Source of the DNA: an uncultured delta proteobacterium
GTDB lineage: Bacteria > Desulfobacterota > Binatia > Binatales > Binataceae
Assembly: GCA_963842085.1 (NCBI GenBank)
Contig: CAWJET010000001.1
Coordinates: 1,152,001-1,216,000 of the forward strand
Direction: 5' to 3'
DNA: 64,000 nucleotides
Shown here: positions 61,620 through 64,000 of the stretch, piece after piece
Layout: the number at the start of each line of letters is the position of its first letter
How positions within the stretch are numbered: the stretch's first letter is position 1
The notes under the pieces: generated by a model
Seen by the model: only the letters and a program-made list of their open reading frames with translations
Databases searched by the model: none
Told to the model about the DNA's origin: nothing
Position numbers and translations under genes: made by a program

Positions 61620-62726
61620 TTGAATAAAGTCATCTGCATTTTAGCAGGGGTGATGTGCGTCGCCCTCGTGGGCCCGGCCTATTCGCAGTACGCCAGTACC
61701 TCGGCTACTTCCGTACAAAAGAGCTCGAAGCTTCGGATGGCTGTGTGCGTCGCGCCCCCCAGTGTCATGGAGCAAAACGGCTCGCTGACCGGGTTCAGCA
61801 TCGATCTTTGGAATGCAATTGCCGCGCAGTTGAAGGCGAGGGCCACGTATCAGATCGAACCGGATGTGCCGGCTCTTGAAGAGGCGATGCTTTCGAAAAA
61901 GGCCGACCTCGCGTTGGACGTCTTCATAACGTCGGCGCGCACTACGGCATTCGACTTTTCGATACCGATAATGGAGGCAGGGCTGCAAATTGTTGTGCGA
62001 AGGACCGGTGGGAAGGCTCATCCGGAAAGCCTGCTATCGGACATGTTGCGCCTGACGTTCTCGACCACGACCCTGGAGTGGCTCGGTCTGGCATTGCTCC
62101 TCATCCTGATCCCTGCCCACCTGGTCTGGTTCTTCGAACGAAGGACAGACGACGGTATTGTTTCGAACCCAAACTACTTCCCTGGAATTTTCGAGGCAGC
62201 CTTTTGGGCGTTATCGACGCTGACGCAACAGGCGGAAGCCATGCCTCGTCAATGGATTGGGCGGATGGTCGCAATCTTCTGGCTGTTCGTGGGGGTGGTT
62301 TTCGTAGCGTTCTACACCGCCCAGTTGACGACTGCCATGACCGTCGATCAGATCAGCGGCGGCATTGATGGTCCCGGCGATCTACCCGGCAGGGAGGTTG
62401 CGACACTGGCCGGCTCGAACGCCGTTGAATATCTGACGAAGCATCACGCACGGGTGCAGGAATTTCCGACCACCGAGCAAATGTTCGAGGCGCTGCTCAA
62501 CAAGAAGGTGGATGCGGTGGTTTCGGCCGCACCGATGCTGCTTTACTTTGCGAGGCATGAGGGGAAGGGACGGGTAAAGGTGGTCGGCCTCAATTTTGAC
62601 ACCGCGCCGGTTGCCATCATGTTTCAGCTCGGCAGTCCGCTCCGCAGAAACGTAGATACTGCGTTGGCCGCGCTTCGTGAGAACGGCACCTATCAGCAGA
62701 TTTACGACGAATGGTTCGGCCCCTAG
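61620..62726 (+). CDS. prokaryotic glutamate-receptor-like ligand-gated ion channel (S1-M1-P-M3-S2)
   Basis: Signal peptide; PBP family 3 lobes (GFSIDLW, ITSAR..FDFS, LRENGTYQQIYDEWFG) interrupted by two transmembrane helices and a pore loop; FYTAQLT gate-like motif. Confidence 0.85.
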   Translation: MNKVICILAGVMCVALVGPAYSQYASTSATSVQKSSKLRMAVCVAPPSVMEQNGSLTGFSIDLWNAIAAQLKARATYQIEPDVPALEEAMLSKKADLALDVFITSARTTAFDFSIPIMEAGLQIVVRRTGGKAHPESLLSDMLRLTFSTTTLEWLGLALLLILIPAHLVWFFERRTDDGIVSNPNYFPGIFEAAFWALSTLTQQAEAMPRQWIGRMVAIFWLFVGVVFVAFYTAQLTTAMTVDQISGGIDGPGDLPGREVATLAGSNAVEYLTKHHARVQEFPTTEQMFEALLNKKVDAVVSAAPMLLYFARHEGKGRVKVVGLNFDTAPVAIMFQLGSPLRRNVDTALAALRENGTYQQIYDEWFGP

Positions 62727-62899
62727 AAACACGAGATCAGAGGTCGCTTCTCAGCTGGTAGAAAATTCATGGGGCAGACTTCTGAACAGGATGTTGTTAT
62801 TTCGGTCCATTTAGGGAAAATTCCGGCTGAGCAGCCAAGAGCGGTCGCGCTTGCATAGCCTGCCCATTTTGAACGATGAGAAGCGAATCGAGGGGCAAA

Positions 62900-63787
62900 A
62901 TGGAAAGTCGGCCTGAGACGGATTTGCGAGCTTCGCTGCTCGCAATCCGGACGCTGATACTGGCGGCGCTGCTGAGCATGCATGCTTCGATCGGTTACGC
63001 GCAACAGGCATCAAGGTACCTCAGTCGGGATGAAGAGGAACCGCTTGTCGAACAGCTAACTGATCCGCTCGCGCACCTGACGCAGATACAAATCAAAGAC
63101 ATATATACTCCGGCCGAATACGGGACCAACGCGCAGCCTAACGCTATAGAGTTAAGGGCGGTCCTCGCGATTCATCCGTTGTGGTTCATACCCGTCGAAC
63201 AGCTTCTGCGGCCGACCATTCGGATCGTGACCATTCCCAACGGAAAAGGAGCGTCGACCGCCACGACTTACGACGACATGCAGCTGCTCGACCTGTTCCA
63301 GATGCCGTGGCCGAAGACCCAAGAGATAGGTTTTCGCTGGGGACTAGGGCCCTACTTCGTGTTTCCGACCTCCGCGAGCGATCGCGTCGGAAAGGGGGCC
63401 TGGCAAATGGGACCAGCCTGGGCATTTTCATATCGCGGAATTCCGCATCTCAATATCGCGGCACTTTTCCAACAACCGACATCCTTCGCGTACACTTCGT
63501 CGAGGTCGAAGTCCACCGCCTCGCTGACGTTCCAACCGATTCTCAACTATCAGCTCGGGGGTGGATGGTACCTGAAATCGAGCGACGCGACCTGGGTCAT
63601 CGACTTGCGCCACAAGTCCTCGACCGCGATCCCGCTGAGCGCAGGAATCGGCCGGGTCTGGAAGCTCTCCCCGCACTTCGCGATCGGCACTTCGGTTGGA
63701 GTCCAGGAGAATGTTTATCGACAGTTCGCCGATCAGACCGAACAATTCACGATCGATTTCTCGGTCAGGCTCCTGTTCCCCGATTGA
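62900..63787 (+). CDS. hypothetical exported, probable outer-membrane beta-barrel protein
   Basis: Signal peptide, QLTDPLA, WGLGP..VFPT, GKGAWQMGP, QPILNY and C-terminal VRLLFP. Confidence 0.7.
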   Translation: MESRPETDLRASLLAIRTLILAALLSMHASIGYAQQASRYLSRDEEEPLVEQLTDPLAHLTQIQIKDIYTPAEYGTNAQPNAIELRAVLAIHPLWFIPVEQLLRPTIRIVTIPNGKGASTATTYDDMQLLDLFQMPWPKTQEIGFRWGLGPYFVFPTSASDRVGKGAWQMGPAWAFSYRGIPHLNIAALFQQPTSFAYTSSRSKSTASLTFQPILNYQLGGGWYLKSSDATWVIDLRHKSSTAIPLSAGIGRVWKLSPHFAIGTSVGVQENVYRQFADQTEQFTIDFSVRLLFPD

Positions 63788-63967
63788 GAAAGAGAGGCCA
63801 GGTCAAGGAGCGTGTGGGCTTGAGCATGCCGTCGACGCTATTGGTGGTCTGCCAAAAGCTCCGGTCTTTTCACCACTTCGTAGTTTTTTGATAGCTGCAG
63901 GCTACGCGGCTAGTTCGTCGAGCAGCGCGCATTACTCGATCCCAGGAACAAAAGAAGGAGTGACCGT

Positions 63968-64000
63968 ATGAAATGGATGAGGCTTTTGCTGTTCGTCGGA
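63968..64000 (+). CDS. 5' fragment of an exported protein running off the window
   Basis: GAAGGAG RBS, then MKWMRLLLFVG. Confidence 0.5.
   Translation, partial: MKWMRLLLFVG

Larger units (their letters stand above)
57983..64000. mobile_element. putative decayed genomic island or accessory region downstream of tRNA-fMet
   Basis: Visibly more AT-rich, low coding density, a TA pair, truncated and chimeric genes. No integrase or attR copy seen in the window. Confidence 0.45.

Overview
High-GC bacterial chromosomal segment; gene content (gyrBA, hrcA-grpE-dnaK-dnaJ, many amidohydrolase/LLM/thiolase genes) suggests a deltaproteobacteria-like or Binatia-like organism (inference only). It carries core genes (ribB-like, dsbD, gyrB, gyrA, gltBD, hrcA/grpE/dnaK/dnaJ, two Hsp20, aroE, pyrE, initiator tRNA-Met), a glcDEF/aminotransferase block, a type III PKS-methyltransferase pair and three toxin-antitoxin loci, two of them with damaged toxins. 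A decaying accessory region follows the tRNA. The best candidate for an undescribed system is an apparent sigma54-driven operon (27.5-32.8 kb): APC permease, PP2C phosphatase, a membrane-anchored Ser/Thr kinase with no sensor domain, and an ammonium transporter with no PII/GlnK gene, next to Lrp-gltBD. Other notable items: a bacterial glutamate-receptor-like channel with a QQ pore loop instead of the K+ filter; a dispersed ACTGACTA intergenic motif; two REP-like repeat families; a triple 15-bp operator array upstream of a sigma54 promoter; and single-base frameshifts or deletion junctions confined to accessory genes. All product calls come from motif recognition by eye; no database searches were run.
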